A DNA stretch of 64,000 nt from a virus (IMGVR_UViG_3300029448_000013:9263-73262); one strand, 5' to 3'. Positions 11,297 through 21,807 are shown, counted from the stretch's first letter. Numbers and translations are program-made. The notes: generated by a model from the sequence alone, not told the origin.

Positions 11297-12055
11297 CTAC
11301 ATGTTATTGATTGGGTTCTCAGAGAGAACCTTAGCAACTTCAAACTCTAAGGTGAATTGGACACTATTGGGTTGCTCCCCTGAAAACGTAGTGTTGAAAG
11401 AACGAATGAAGCCTAGCATTCCGGGTAGTTCATCCATTTCAGAAATATCAGTAAAGGAACTCGTTGGGCTTGAGTCTAACAATCCTGAGACACCGACATT
11501 GCTCTCTATGAAATCATTAGCGGCTCTCTTGAATCTTTCATCATATCTTCTATTATCAAACGTGAATGGTATCAATGGTAATTCAGCCATGTCCTTAGTT
11601 TCAGAACCTTCAGGTGAATGATAATTGAAGTTAGTATCTATTCTGCTAGGAATCAGAATGATTATCTTGTTGATTGACTGGTCATCCTGTGCTGCACTAC
11701 TATCTACATAGGAGTGTATTAATTGTGCCAACTCAAACGGGGTGAGTATCTTGTCCTTTTCAGAACCAGCGTTCTCTCCTGTATTCTTTGATATTCGTTG
11801 ATTCAACAGTATTCCATTAAGCGATACGTTCTTGCTCGCTATACCCATATCGAAAGCCAGTGTCTCAGACTTTCCTGTTGCCAACGAACCGAATGGAATC
11901 GGAATTGTAGGAACGGTCTTCTGTGTTCCAATGCTAATCTCGTTCACAAAGAGAGGTATCCTATTGACTGCTCTATCTCCGCCTATCTCGTTTCTTCTTT
12001 GTAGTTCCAACCAAACTCGAAAGTTTGTTCCCGCATATCCTTCACTTGTAGCCAT
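11297..12055 (-). CDS. Putative distal tail protein
   Basis: Directly follows the tape measure gene; C-terminal GFIRSFNTTFSGEQ..VQFTLEF is a tube-fold-like pattern. Confidence 0.45.
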   Translation of the reverse strand: MATSEGYAGTNFRVWLELQRRNEIGGDRAVNRIPLFVNEISIGTQKTVPTIPIPFGSLATGKSETLAFDMGIASKNVSLNGILLNQRISKNTGENAGSEKDKILTPFELAQLIHSYVDSSAAQDDQSINKIIILIPSRIDTNFNYHSPEGSETKDMAELPLIPFTFDNRRYDERFKRAANDFIESNVGVSGLLDSSPTSSFTDISEMDELPGMLGFIRSFNTTFSGEQPNSVQFTLEFEVAKVLSENPINNM

Positions 12056-14037
12056 TAGAATTTCACCACCGATGTCGAAGTTCTATTCATTCTAGTATTG
12101 ATTTCCCTTGCGACCTTATTTGCGATATCTCGTATCTCGGTATCAGAAGCACCTACTCTTCCGGTTACTTGCACTGTTATATGGTTAGTAACTGAAGAAG
12201 CAATAGCCTTAGATGCAGTGTTAGAATGAACTTGCGCTCCTCTTGGCAGTTGTACTAGTTCAGGCCCACGTTCCCCAACAACAGCGAGACCACCTTGACT
12301 TATCCTTCCGCCCTCTGCTAATCCAAGAATATTTCCTGCCCTCTTCAATGCTCCTGAGGCTTTATCCTTGACCTTTCCTTTGACATCTAATGCTTCCTTG
12401 AACTTATCACCAATATAATCAGCAATCTTTGCTGGTATCCCGGCTATGTAAGCAGGAATACCCATGATGAAATCCTTTATTCCAAACAAGACATTTGCTA
12501 TCTCATCAGAGTATTGATAGAGGAACTCTGCTGCTTTCATAACCACTAGAGCAATTCCAGCAATTAATAGAGCAATCCAACCACCACCAAAGAACACAGC
12601 AAGGAAAGCCACTGCTGCCACTATCTTTGCAATAATACGTATTACTTGCAATGTCGCTCCTACTATTGCTGCTCTAGCATTACCAAATTCTTTAGTGGCA
12701 ACTTCGTAAAATCGCTTGTAGAGTTCTGAGATGTATGTCCCAATACCAATAAGAACTGCTCCTAATGTAGCAACTAGTAGGCCACCTAGTATTGTAAGTC
12801 CTGCCAGCAGTAACTCTCCTACGCCATAGACTACTTCCATTAGTTTACCCTCTTGAAAACCCTCCCATATTCTCTGTAATGCATCTTTGGCATCACCTAG
12901 TCCTTGTGCGACAATTGCCATGCCTATTGCAAAGACTTCTTTCATTGCAGCAAAACCTGTTGCTAGTTCGTCCTTTGTCTCATCGAACACGCTCTTCAAT
13001 AGAGTCAGACCTAACATTAGAATTAACAGGTATCCTGCTGCCATTGCCATGTATCTGACAATAGAGAGTATTCCCTTTCCTAGTCTCACCATTTGCTTTG
13101 CTATGTTTCTAATTGGCGTACTGGCGAACTTGAAGAAACCAGCAGTTTTTCGTGCCGTTTTCTTTCTCGTTGTTCTGCTTTCCTCTGCCAACATTACCAG
13201 TTCATTGAACTCCTTTATCTGCTCTTCACTAGCAAACTTGTTTCCTATCTTTCCGGTTATCTTCCCGTCTTTATGTCTCACGTTATCTTTGTCGCTCTCA
13301 CTGCGACCTATTGCCTCAAATCTCTTAGCAATTTCTTCTTCGGTAATTCCAAATGTTCCTTCCTTCATCTTTTCAGCAAATTCTGCAACATTTGTTAACT
13401 TAGTAGAAGCAATTCCCTTTGTGCTGTCAAAGACACTCTTCATTTTGTTTTCTAAAGCACTAATAATTTTGAATGTCAAAGAATTAGCAAGTAGACCATC
13501 CTTTCTTCTTCTTGCTGTTTTGGTTGCAATCTTCTCTAACTTCTCCATGTCCTTAGTCTGTCTATTCATCATCATGCCCATTTCTTTTAGGGCTTTGTTA
13601 GAGTCCTGATATTGGAATAGTAATCCACCAAAAATTTGTGATTGGTCTTTCAAGTCATCAATGGCTTTTTGCCTTCTTACACCAGTGCTTTTTTCGGCTA
13701 TCTCGATGTTTGCTTGTATTTGTTGTATTTCTTTGGAAGTATCTGCAATCTCTGCATAGACCTTGAGTTGCTTTACTTCCTCAAGTCTTCTTCGCTCTGT
13801 CGAACTAGCCATCTCATTGAGAAGGATGACAGAAGCCTTGATTCTATTCTGTACTCTCCAAAGTCCTGTTCCTGATATGAATCGAGAGAACACCTCCCAA
13901 TTCTTTGACCCCATTATTGCATTAGTTCTACTTAATGATGCTTGAAGAGTTTTCATGTTTTTTGCGCCATCAACAATGGCTCTGTCGATACCAGTAAACT
14001 CTTCACGAAGGTCTTTGATATCTTGTGCAGTTGACAT
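12055..14037 (-). CDS. Tape measure protein
   Basis: Helical A/G/I/L-rich body with hydrophobic segments; C-terminal LAEGG...VVGERGPELV..PRG motif; follows the tail chaperones. Confidence 0.8.
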   Translation of the reverse strand: MSTAQDIKDLREEFTGIDRAIVDGAKNMKTLQASLSRTNAIMGSKNWEVFSRFISGTGLWRVQNRIKASVILLNEMASSTERRRLEEVKQLKVYAEIADTSKEIQQIQANIEIAEKSTGVRRQKAIDDLKDQSQIFGGLLFQYQDSNKALKEMGMMMNRQTKDMEKLEKIATKTARRRKDGLLANSLTFKIISALENKMKSVFDSTKGIASTKLTNVAEFAEKMKEGTFGITEEEIAKRFEAIGRSESDKDNVRHKDGKITGKIGNKFASEEQIKEFNELVMLAEESRTTRKKTARKTAGFFKFASTPIRNIAKQMVRLGKGILSIVRYMAMAAGYLLILMLGLTLLKSVFDETKDELATGFAAMKEVFAIGMAIVAQGLGDAKDALQRIWEGFQEGKLMEVVYGVGELLLAGLTILGGLLVATLGAVLIGIGTYISELYKRFYEVATKEFGNARAAIVGATLQVIRIIAKIVAAVAFLAVFFGGGWIALLIAGIALVVMKAAEFLYQYSDEIANVLFGIKDFIMGIPAYIAGIPAKIADYIGDKFKEALDVKGKVKDKASGALKRAGNILGLAEGGRISQGGLAVVGERGPELVQLPRGAQVHSNTASKAIASSVTNHITVQVTGRVGASDTEIRDIANKVAREINTRMNRTSTSVVKF

Positions 14038-14043
14038 TACTAA

Positions 14044-14232
14044 TCACTTCTTTGTTCCTTCTTTCATTGCCTCCGATTCCAGTCTCTTTACTTCTCCATG
14101 TATTTCCAACATTTCTTTTACTACGGATACTGGTGTATCATAAGCCTCCAAAGGATTGATTGAAAAAGCGGTACAGTAAGTGTATAGCATAATCTTCATT
14201 GCCACCTCACTACCTACACTTCCACCTTTCAA
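14044..14232 (-). CDS. Tail assembly chaperone, -1 frameshift extension (GT-like)
   Basis: Only a TTG start; the frame is open from the GGGAAAC slippery site of the upstream gene. Confidence 0.7.
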   Translation of the reverse strand: MKGGSVGSEVAMKIMLYTYCTAFSINPLEAYDTPVSVVKEMLEIHGEVKRLESEAMKEGTKK

Positions 14233-14243
14233 TGCTCTTCGGA

Positions 14244-14624
14244 TTAGTTTTCGTTTCCCTTATCATCCCCCATGACATCCACGAATGGATTAGGGAGGAT
14301 TTCTTTTAGTTGCGCCCCGATATAGGGATTGAGTCTAATTAAGTCAGTAGTAGATAGTTGAGGCTCTGTCTTCTCTACGAAGTTTTCAACCATGTATCTA
14401 TACATCTTGTTCAGATTGATACCCATAGTTTGACCCTGAGCATCCATATCCATTACAGACGATAGAGCCTGTTCTACCTGTAACCAAGTTGGTTCTTTAA
14501 TCCAAACTTGGAGGTATTCATCAGAATCAGAGGCTACCCTAATCTGATGGCATTCGGTTTCTGTTCTTGCGAACAGCATATTCTTATTACTTACAATTTT
14601 TCTTTCTGTCATTTTTCTTTCCAC
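14244..14624 (-). CDS. Tail assembly chaperone (G-like)
   Basis: Lies between tail tube and tape measure genes; ends in G GGA AAC slippery heptamer. Confidence 0.7.
   Translation of the reverse strand: MERKMTERKIVSNKNMLFARTETECHQIRVASDSDEYLQVWIKEPTWLQVEQALSSVMDMDAQGQTMGINLNKMYRYMVENFVEKTEPQLSTTDLIRLNPYIGAQLKEILPNPFVDVMGDDKGNEN
14253..14259 (-). promoter_or_regulatory. -1 ribosomal frameshift slippery site GGGAAAC
   Basis: X XXY YYZ in the correct phase (AAG GGA AAC). The -1 frame reads KRKLIRRALKGGSVG... into ORF 14044-14232. Confidence 0.75.
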
Positions 14625-14629
14625 CTACA

Positions 14630-14696
14630 AAACAAATCAACAAACAAACGTGTTGATGGAATAAAACTTGGATAGCGTTACCTGTTTGGTTACGCC
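14630..14696 (-). terminator. Two hairpins plus T-rich tract after the major tail gene
   Basis: Minus strand GCGTAACC..GGTAACGC (imperfect) and ATCAACA..TGTTGAT followed by TTGTTTTG. Confidence 0.35.
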
Positions 14697-14698
14697 TC

Positions 14699-16240
14699 CT
14701 AATTACCTGTCGCACTACCGCCAAGAGTCATGATTGCCCACTTACCCTTGTAAGTTGCAGTCGTCAGAGTCCTTGCTGTGATTGAAACCTCAACCTCTAC
14801 TGGCCCTTTATCTTCAGGGAATGGGATAGTAACTGCATTGATTAAGTAATCAGCAAGTTGAATGTCAATCTCTTCACCTGTGTCTTTGGTGAATTTCAAT
14901 GTCAAAGCACCAGTTGATTCGTTAGCATTTCTCAACTCATCCCATAGTTTCGTATCTGTTATGAGCATAGTCAAAGTCATTTCATATGTCCTTTGGCCGG
15001 GTAGATGAGCAGATGCAATTTCTCTGTTGTAGTTACCAATGAACCTCTGCGGTAGTAGGTTATTGTTGATGACAAGAGAGCCACCTTTTACCCTAGCCAA
15101 AGACTGACCAAAGACTTTTATTTCTCCATCAGAGAAGAGGAATGGATAGTTGTCTGCTAGAGTAGAACTGTAATTTACCATTCCCCTACCATTCTCTGCA
15201 TCACTGAGAGCAGTTAGAGAAGCATTACCACCAAGAGGCAAATAGTTAGCAGGTGGGTCAAAGGCTCTTCTTGAAACTAAATCCATTGTACACTTTAGTT
15301 CTTGACCCTCTTCAAAGTTAAGAGTGAGAGTATTGACCTGACATCCTGTAAAGATTCTAGAGTACATGTTCTCATTTGGAGTTAGAGAATCCAATACCGT
15401 TGTATTAGTATGTCCTGATTTGCGATATACTACATCAAGAGCGAAAGATGGAAGAACATCATCGTTCGCTTCAGAGAAAGTATAGTTGAACATGTCTGTC
15501 CCATTGTATACCTTCAAGTTACCAATAGTCAAGTCAGAACCACCAGCATCTATCTCAGGGTAGTTGTTGTGTTCGTAAGACCTGAGTATTCTGTCATCAT
15601 CTATATCGACAACAACTGCGTTCTCTCCGTTTGAAGTGTCTAGAGTGGCATGAGTTCCTGAAAGAGTGTAAGATAGTTTACCTAATGCGTAATACAACCA
15701 AGAACCATTGTTGAGAGATACATCTAGTGAACCTCCGCTTACAGTCTCTGCTCCCTTGTACTGATAGTCGAAGTTCCTACCACCAGCAGCAGCAAGGTTG
15801 AGTTGCTTCATCTCCACCTCTACGCTTGGTGGTGTGAATGTGTTGACTAGTCCAAGCCAACCATCAGAGTGTATTCTAGGATTAGTACCGCCATCTCTAG
15901 AAGCATAGAGAGGCGCACCAAACGAAAGTATAGTCGCATCCATAGTTCCTGAAGTTACTGCACTGCCGTTAGAGTCAACTGGTGCAGAATCTATGACTAT
16001 CGTTGTTGCGGTGTTGTCTACGACAGTTCGATATGAAGTTGCATTGTTTGAGGCTAATGCTCCAATCTTCACAGTGCAGCCGATATACAAATCAGGAACT
16101 AAGTGAACTAATCCCGCTTGACCAGTTGATAGAGTTAAGGTAGTGCTACTTGAAAGAACAGCGTCTTGAAAATACAAGTCCAATTCAGGACTCATTCCTA
16201 CTTGTGCATTTGCTCCTACGAATACTTCATTGCTTACCAT
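14699..16240 (-). CDS. Major tail tube protein
   Basis: 513 aa; LPSFAL...FTGCQVNTLTLNF and GQRTYEMTLT phage tail-tube patterns; precedes the chaperones. Confidence 0.7.
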   Translation of the reverse strand: MVSNEVFVGANAQVGMSPELDLYFQDAVLSSSTTLTLSTGQAGLVHLVPDLYIGCTVKIGALASNNATSYRTVVDNTATTIVIDSAPVDSNGSAVTSGTMDATILSFGAPLYASRDGGTNPRIHSDGWLGLVNTFTPPSVEVEMKQLNLAAAGGRNFDYQYKGAETVSGGSLDVSLNNGSWLYYALGKLSYTLSGTHATLDTSNGENAVVVDIDDDRILRSYEHNNYPEIDAGGSDLTIGNLKVYNGTDMFNYTFSEANDDVLPSFALDVVYRKSGHTNTTVLDSLTPNENMYSRIFTGCQVNTLTLNFEEGQELKCTMDLVSRRAFDPPANYLPLGGNASLTALSDAENGRGMVNYSSTLADNYPFLFSDGEIKVFGQSLARVKGGSLVINNNLLPQRFIGNYNREIASAHLPGQRTYEMTLTMLITDTKLWDELRNANESTGALTLKFTKDTGEEIDIQLADYLINAVTIPFPEDKGPVEVEVSITARTLTTATYKGKWAIMTLGGSATGN

Positions 16241-16250
16241 TTTCTATCCC

Positions 16251-16781
16251 TCATGTCGCTCTTGCAAACCGCTTTAGTTCCACTCCAATCTTATATCCCA
16301 ATAATCTTTTCCCTCTATCATTCGCTTCATTTCTAGATGTTAGTCGTATTAAATCAGCATCTCCTAAGACCGTACTTGTGGTATCGGCGGGTGTTGCATA
16401 GACAGTTGGCCTAAAAGCATTGTTTTCCAAGACGTATCTTACTATCTTGTATAATGCCTCTAATCTGTCTCTTGAAAACGTGTTACTGGTCATGTCTCTT
16501 CGGTGTAAAACACGCAAATGTAATGTTAAACCAAAGTCTTCACTTCGAGCAGAATAATCAATCGTTGGATAGGTCGTAGAAGCACTGTCCTCAAAAACTA
16601 TTATCACCGATTCTGAATCGATGTCTACTCTCCTACCCTCTTGAGGTTCTATGGAACGAATGTCAATGAACTTAGGAGTGGCATTATGACTTGCAGTTAT
16701 TGTACCTGCACTGACTAAAGCAGAGGCTGATGATGACCAATTATCTTGTAGAAGTCTAATGATTAAAGTTACTTCATCCAT
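16251..16781 (-). CDS. Putative tail completion/terminator protein
   Basis: Position upstream of the tail tube gene; 176 aa alpha/beta pattern. Confidence 0.45.
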   Translation of the reverse strand: MDEVTLIIRLLQDNWSSSASALVSAGTITASHNATPKFIDIRSIEPQEGRRVDIDSESVIIVFEDSASTTYPTIDYSARSEDFGLTLHLRVLHRRDMTSNTFSRDRLEALYKIVRYVLENNAFRPTVYATPADTTSTVLGDADLIRLTSRNEANDRGKRLLGYKIGVELKRFARAT

Positions 16782-16963
16782 ATCTTAATCTTCTCCTTGA
16801 GTTCTTTTTCATATACCTTCATAAATTTCTCTGTGGCATTTTTCGTCACCTGTTCATCTGAGAAACTAATATCAAAACCAATTTCATCTTGCATCTCCTT
16901 GAGAAGTTCGTTTCTTTCCTTCTCTATCTTTAGAATAGCAAGATAGTCTTTTGTTGCACTCAT
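16769..16963 (-). CDS. Small hypothetical neck-region protein
   Basis: 64 aa from MSATKD, charged helical, coupled to neighbours. Confidence 0.5.
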   Translation of the reverse strand: MSATKDYLAILKIEKERNELLKEMQDEIGFDISFSDEQVTKNATEKFMKVYEKELKEKIKIWMK

Positions 16964-16967
16964 GATA

Positions 16968-18044
16968 TCACACAATGAAATGTATTATGTCCTTTTTACC
17001 ATTCAAAATTGCGTTTGCCTCTTCCAACAAAATATCATGTTTGGTTTTCAGGTCTATGTTAGAACCAGTTTCTGCAATAAGTATTGAGTTGTCATCATGT
17101 CTTATCACTTCAGCCGCAACTAATTTGGTTGTAGCGTCTTGAATAGTAGCAGGAACTCTAGACTCACCACTAACATATGTTACTCTAATAGAATGTGAAT
17201 GTAGATATGGATAGTTCTTCAAGAAGAATATCTTACCATCTTTATTGATTGTCCAATAGTCTCCTAATCTTCTTTGGTCTTGGTTGTCTGTGAACTGAGT
17301 TACTGTCCCAACTGTGGATGAGATTGTGCAAGCAGAACCATCATCTCCCATTAGAAGAGATGAGATTACAACAGTATCCCCTGCTTCACTATCTGTCGTA
17401 GCATAGAAGAAATCAGAGATATTGACGGTAGTTGCTCCTTGAGCAGTCACAGTCTTAGCAGTAGTCTCACCTGTGAACTTAGCAGTTTTATGCGGAAATA
17501 CTTCGTTGATTGCATCTGCTATTTGACTAGCAGTTGTCTTAGGCCCATAGTTATCAAAGAAATCTACTCCTTTGTCTAGATGGAATGTATATGCTCCAAC
17601 TCCTAATATTATTCTCCAAGAACCACTTTCAGGGCCACTTGGAACTTTAACCTTAGCAGTCGCAGAAGCCAAGTCAACATACTCTGTTCCTTGCCATACC
17701 TCTAGACGTACTAATTTCTGAACATTATTTCTATCTAACTGAACAAATCCAATGTAATCCTTGAATCTGTTTACTGGATACGCACCCATTCTAAACGCTT
17801 CAAACCCATGAAACTCATGATGATAGATAACAGGACGGTAAGAATGTGCTACAATGTCATCAACTCTTTCTTCTGCTCTTCTGATTAATCCACCTACTTC
17901 AGCAATAGATGGAGTTGTAGACGAACTAAATGCGGCTATTTGTAGCAACTGAGAAACATCAGAATGTGTAGTATAAAATCCTCTTCCTTGAGAGTAGTTT
18001 GGATTAATGTTTGTGAAGTCACTTGGGGAGGATAGTTTTGGCAT
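16968..18044 (-). CDS. Head-tail adaptor/connector with an inserted domain
   Basis: N-terminal YTTHSDV...LIRRAEERVD and C-terminal IRVTYVSG...VPATIQDATTKLVA are typical adaptor motifs. Confidence 0.7.
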   Translation of the reverse strand: MPKLSSPSDFTNINPNYSQGRGFYTTHSDVSQLLQIAAFSSSTTPSIAEVGGLIRRAEERVDDIVAHSYRPVIYHHEFHGFEAFRMGAYPVNRFKDYIGFVQLDRNNVQKLVRLEVWQGTEYVDLASATAKVKVPSGPESGSWRIILGVGAYTFHLDKGVDFFDNYGPKTTASQIADAINEVFPHKTAKFTGETTAKTVTAQGATTVNISDFFYATTDSEAGDTVVISSLLMGDDGSACTISSTVGTVTQFTDNQDQRRLGDYWTINKDGKIFFLKNYPYLHSHSIRVTYVSGESRVPATIQDATTKLVAAEVIRHDDNSILIAETGSNIDLKTKHDILLEEANAILNGKKDIIHFIV

Positions 18045-18049
18045 AATAT

Positions 18050-19396
18050 TCAACTCCTGAATCTACGGGCTTTAGCCATGAAGGTCTTAACACCCTTGAG
18101 TATATCAGATATGCCCTTTATTTTATCCTTATCAGCCACAACGAACGCACCTTCTTCTGCAAGTCTTAACTCTCCTTCTTTGTTTAAAATCAAACTATAA
18201 TTAAGAATTCTCTTTTCTTCAACTGAAAGACTTCCTCTATCTTCTTCTTTTCCTGTTGTGCTTTTTGATGGTTTTATTTTTCCACTCTTGAGAGGTTTAT
18301 AGTTAGAGATAGAAACTACAAGAGTCATTTTACCTACATCCAAATCTAGATAGGTTCTTGTTAATTCTGAAAGAGATGGGTCTTGACCTCTTGTTTTTTT
18401 ATCTCTATCCCTAATTCTTCTTGCTACCATAAAATTAGACCTTTCTAATAGATAAATTGCTATCTTGTCTAATTGCTCGTCATCTAAATCTAATAACGTA
18501 TGCAAGTAAGAGATAGCATCGTTTCTACCACCCGATTCATTAACCTCATATTTCTTTTCATGTATGTTGTACGTTAAGGGTATTTCATCGTGTGGTGGTT
18601 TAGAATCCATGCCATAAGAAATTTCTAATTTGTTAGGCTTACCTTTCAATACAAAATCATCAAACTTTATTTTATTGAGTGTAACTGTTTTATTTTTCTT
18701 ATCATTTTCAATGTATTGAAAGTGTTCACCCATGTTTGGGTCTGCCGTTATTCCATCATCTTCTAGTAAAGAGATTAGATATGCTTCTAAATCCCATGTG
18801 TATGATACCCTACCTGACCTATCTATTTCATCATTAGATGTCCTATAATCATCAATCTTATTCGCATCAAAGAGACTTTTATTTTTATCAACCTTATCCA
18901 TTACTTTAGAGCCTTTACCTTCATAGGTTTGCCCTAAATAAGCAGGTAGCAACAGTTGTTCAAAGGTTACTTTTTTCTTAATCAAATTATTTACTATGCT
19001 GTTATCTTTCTCAGGCCCAAATAACTCAAATACTGCTGCACCTTTTTTTGCACTGAAGTTACTTTCCATTGCATTGATAGTTTCAACTACTGGAAGTTTG
19101 AGTGCTTTCTCTATTAATACCTTCATGTATTTTTCATAAGTTTCATATTCTTCTTTAGATTGAAAATCTTTTTCAGTCAAGGACATTAAAATTCTAAAGT
19201 CTCTTTTAATATATTCTTTTTTGAACTTTCTTGTATCTTTAATTTTTTTTTGAAACATCTTGAGAACTAAAGTTCGCAATAGAACAGAAGCATCGTCTGT
19301 TGGATTTACTGTTGCACTGTTTACTGATGCATCGTCTAAGTTGAATATTGTATCCTTGAAGTCGCTATCATTATTCTTGTCGATAGTTAAACTCAT
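18050..19396 (-). CDS. Hypothetical K/D-rich protein
   Basis: 448 aa ORF, visibly AT-rich, no recognised motif. Confidence 0.6.
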   Translation of the reverse strand: MSLTIDKNNDSDFKDTIFNLDDASVNSATVNPTDDASVLLRTLVLKMFQKKIKDTRKFKKEYIKRDFRILMSLTEKDFQSKEEYETYEKYMKVLIEKALKLPVVETINAMESNFSAKKGAAVFELFGPEKDNSIVNNLIKKKVTFEQLLLPAYLGQTYEGKGSKVMDKVDKNKSLFDANKIDDYRTSNDEIDRSGRVSYTWDLEAYLISLLEDDGITADPNMGEHFQYIENDKKNKTVTLNKIKFDDFVLKGKPNKLEISYGMDSKPPHDEIPLTYNIHEKKYEVNESGGRNDAISYLHTLLDLDDEQLDKIAIYLLERSNFMVARRIRDRDKKTRGQDPSLSELTRTYLDLDVGKMTLVVSISNYKPLKSGKIKPSKSTTGKEEDRGSLSVEEKRILNYSLILNKEGELRLAEEGAFVVADKDKIKGISDILKGVKTFMAKARRFRS

Positions 19397-19410
19397 ACAT
19401 TAAATTCCAC

Positions 19411-20118
19411 CTATGCCAACCACTTTGCCCAAGCGACACCCTTACTCAAAGCACCTGCTAAACCGAGACCGCTTTGAGGTGGTGTATACGATGGTTGACC
19501 AGTAGCGGGGTCAATCCAGTACGGATTATTGAACTGGTCATAACCAGTAGGAGGTATAGGATATCCACTACCATTGTTCATAGCCATTTGTTGAGTCATC
19601 ATTTGTTGGTTCATTCCACCCATAGCAGGTGCGCCTTGTATCTGTGCAGGATTCAAACCTTGTGGATTTCCTACTTGTTGTTGTTGCATTCCTCCCATTT
19701 GTGCTTCTTGAGAGGGAGATGAGAATCCCTGTGACTCTAGGTATTGTTGCTTTGCCATTCTTCTTTGCATTATGACTTCTGAGTTAACTGCTGTTTGTAA
19801 TAGATTAACTATATCCAAATCAATGTTTTCTTGTGTAATACTTGTAAACTCAGACAGTGAATCAGGATGTATTTCTAAATCTCCATTAGTGTTTGAAACA
19901 AATTTCATTTTTACTAACATTTGACTTACTACCCTAGTTGTAACATCTTCCATCATTTTTTCAAATGCATTTAAGAACTGTTCTCCGTGATATTGAAAGA
20001 ACTCTTCAACATGATTTTCCTGCAATGTTAGAAGATTATTAGTCATTTTAAATTGTGATTGCCCCATTGTATTCATCTGCGAAGACAGCGCAGAGTTGCT
20101 TGTTCCGAACATACCCAT
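19411..20118 (-). CDS. Q/M/G-rich protein with WW-like segment and C-terminal amphipathic helix
   Basis: Low-complexity QQQ/MGG region, PYWIDPATGQPSYTPP, ends GLAGALSKGVAWAKWLA. Confidence 0.6.
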   Translation of the reverse strand: MGMFGTSNSALSSQMNTMGQSQFKMTNNLLTLQENHVEEFFQYHGEQFLNAFEKMMEDVTTRVVSQMLVKMKFVSNTNGDLEIHPDSLSEFTSITQENIDLDIVNLLQTAVNSEVIMQRRMAKQQYLESQGFSSPSQEAQMGGMQQQQVGNPQGLNPAQIQGAPAMGGMNQQMMTQQMAMNNGSGYPIPPTGYDQFNNPYWIDPATGQPSYTPPQSGLGLAGALSKGVAWAKWLA

Positions 20119-20798
20119 CAGTTCCCCTCCTCCGGTGTAGTAATCTTAACGCCTTCGGTCAATAAAGATTTAACTTTAGCCGACATCGCTGCGTTTTGTA
20201 TCATTAGTGAATATAATTGTTCTTCTTTTGAAGAAGCGTCATTAGCAGGAGGAGTAATACCCCAACCCAATGAGGTTAGTGAATTGATATCCTCTTGTTT
20301 CAATTGTGTTATTGGCCCTGACTTCACAAGATTTACAGGGTTAAGACTTCTAGCAGATGGGATATAGGCACTAAAAGAAAGTCCATGTTCTTCTGCCAAT
20401 ATCTGCTGTTCTAACATTTCATATTGCATATGTATTTGAGCATGTTTCTCACAATAAGTTCCTCTCATTGGATATCCCTTACGTACCTTGTGCAGTGGAA
20501 GTGGTGGTCTTCTAGTATCGTTAGAAGTCCATATCTTCTGTGTTCCACATATTACACATCTATCTTTGATGTTGTATTTGAAACTGTAAGGCACTTTCAG
20601 CATTGTTTTCTTTTCAGGTTTCAATACTTTGATAATTTCCTTCAATTGTTTCTTTGGCTTCATTGATTTATACTCGTATGGCATTATCGGCCCTGCTGCT
20701 CTTGCAGCAGTTAGCCTATCCATAAACGGGTTAGGGCCAGCATTTATTGTTGCGTTCGTTGCTCCTATCAAACTAGGGGGTGTAAATTGCATAGACAT
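20118..20798 (-). CDS. Putative Zn-binding protein
   Basis: CVICG...YCEKH motif. Confidence 0.55.
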   Translation of the reverse strand: MSMQFTPPSLIGATNATINAGPNPFMDRLTAARAAGPIMPYEYKSMKPKKQLKEIIKVLKPEKKTMLKVPYSFKYNIKDRCVICGTQKIWTSNDTRRPPLPLHKVRKGYPMRGTYCEKHAQIHMQYEMLEQQILAEEHGLSFSAYIPSARSLNPVNLVKSGPITQLKQEDINSLTSLGWGITPPANDASSKEEQLYSLMIQNAAMSAKVKSLLTEGVKITTPEEGN

Positions 20799-20859
20799 TT
20801 TATTTTTTCTCCTATCAATCTAAGCCTACCTTGCGGTGAGACCTAAGTAGTCTGACGTA

Positions 20860-21531
20860 TCAGTAGTCTTTTATCATTGTTAATACTCCACGATAGACCA
20901 TTTCAGAATCAGACTTAGCACTCACTATGTATTTGTGGCATGGAATACCCGTTTCATTTAACTTCTGAAGTCCGGGTTTGAATGATGCAAATATTGGGTG
21001 GTCTTCTATTTTTCCAGCATGTGGATACTTATCTTTCCAAAGGTCATACTTGTTTGCCCACAGACCAACTGCTAACGGGTAGTCATGGTCTTGTTTCTTT
21101 TTCTTTCTTCCACCAATTGTGTAATATTGATTACATATTGTATCTACAAGAAATGTCCAAGACAACTGTTGTTCGATATCATAGTGCTTATCTAAATGCC
21201 TATCATCAAATAGGAATACAATGTATTTGACATGTCTTTCCCTCATATCTCTAACCCATTCTTCCCAATATACTGTCTGTCCTCCTATGTCAGCAGTCTT
21301 GATTGTATGAGCATCCCCGTCTAACTTTACAAATTTTCTAGTTGCTCTATGTCTCCCAACAGTTCGTTTTTGTATTTCAGGAACTTCACCCCTAGTCATC
21401 AACTGTCGATGCAGTGTTGTTTTACCTGCTTTGCTTGCTCCATAAATCCCGAAGTTAATAGCGTGGAGGCGATTATACAGTTTATTCATTGCCTCTACAA
21501 TGAGTATTGCAAACCCTGCCATTACCGACAT
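20860..21531 (-). CDS. Ras-superfamily (Arf-like) small GTPase
   Basis: G1 GASKAGKT, G2 RTVG, G3 DIGGQ, G4 ANKYD, G5 SAK; hydrophobic N-terminal helix. Confidence 0.85.
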   Translation of the reverse strand: MSVMAGFAILIVEAMNKLYNRLHAINFGIYGASKAGKTTLHRQLMTRGEVPEIQKRTVGRHRATRKFVKLDGDAHTIKTADIGGQTVYWEEWVRDMRERHVKYIVFLFDDRHLDKHYDIEQQLSWTFLVDTICNQYYTIGGRKKKKQDHDYPLAVGLWANKYDLWKDKYPHAGKIEDHPIFASFKPGLQKLNETGIPCHKYIVSAKSDSEMVYRGVLTMIKDY

Positions 21532-21585
21532 ACTAACACCCCTTCAGTGAGTCGGATGTCGGAGAGCATTAAAATGGTTGAGAAT

Positions 21586-21807
21586 CTAATGCCCGCCCCA
21601 AAGAGAGGAAAGTAGATGCCAACCTCCACTGTATAGATTGATTCCCCATAGAGAAATAGCGTGTCCTACAAAGAAACTAACAACAGAAGATATTATTCCC
21701 CAAAGCCAAAACCTTGCTCTTAGAAACCACACATCAGCAGAGTGCGCTCGTTGTAAATCATATGCGAGAGTGGATTCATCCATCCCGAATAAGATTTCAC
21801 TTACCAT
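21586..21807 (-). CDS. Small membrane protein
   Basis: Hydrophobic FWLWGIISSVVSFFVGHAISLWGI, Trp-rich. Confidence 0.65.
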   Translation of the reverse strand: MVSEILFGMDESTLAYDLQRAHSADVWFLRARFWLWGIISSVVSFFVGHAISLWGINLYSGGWHLLSSLWGGH

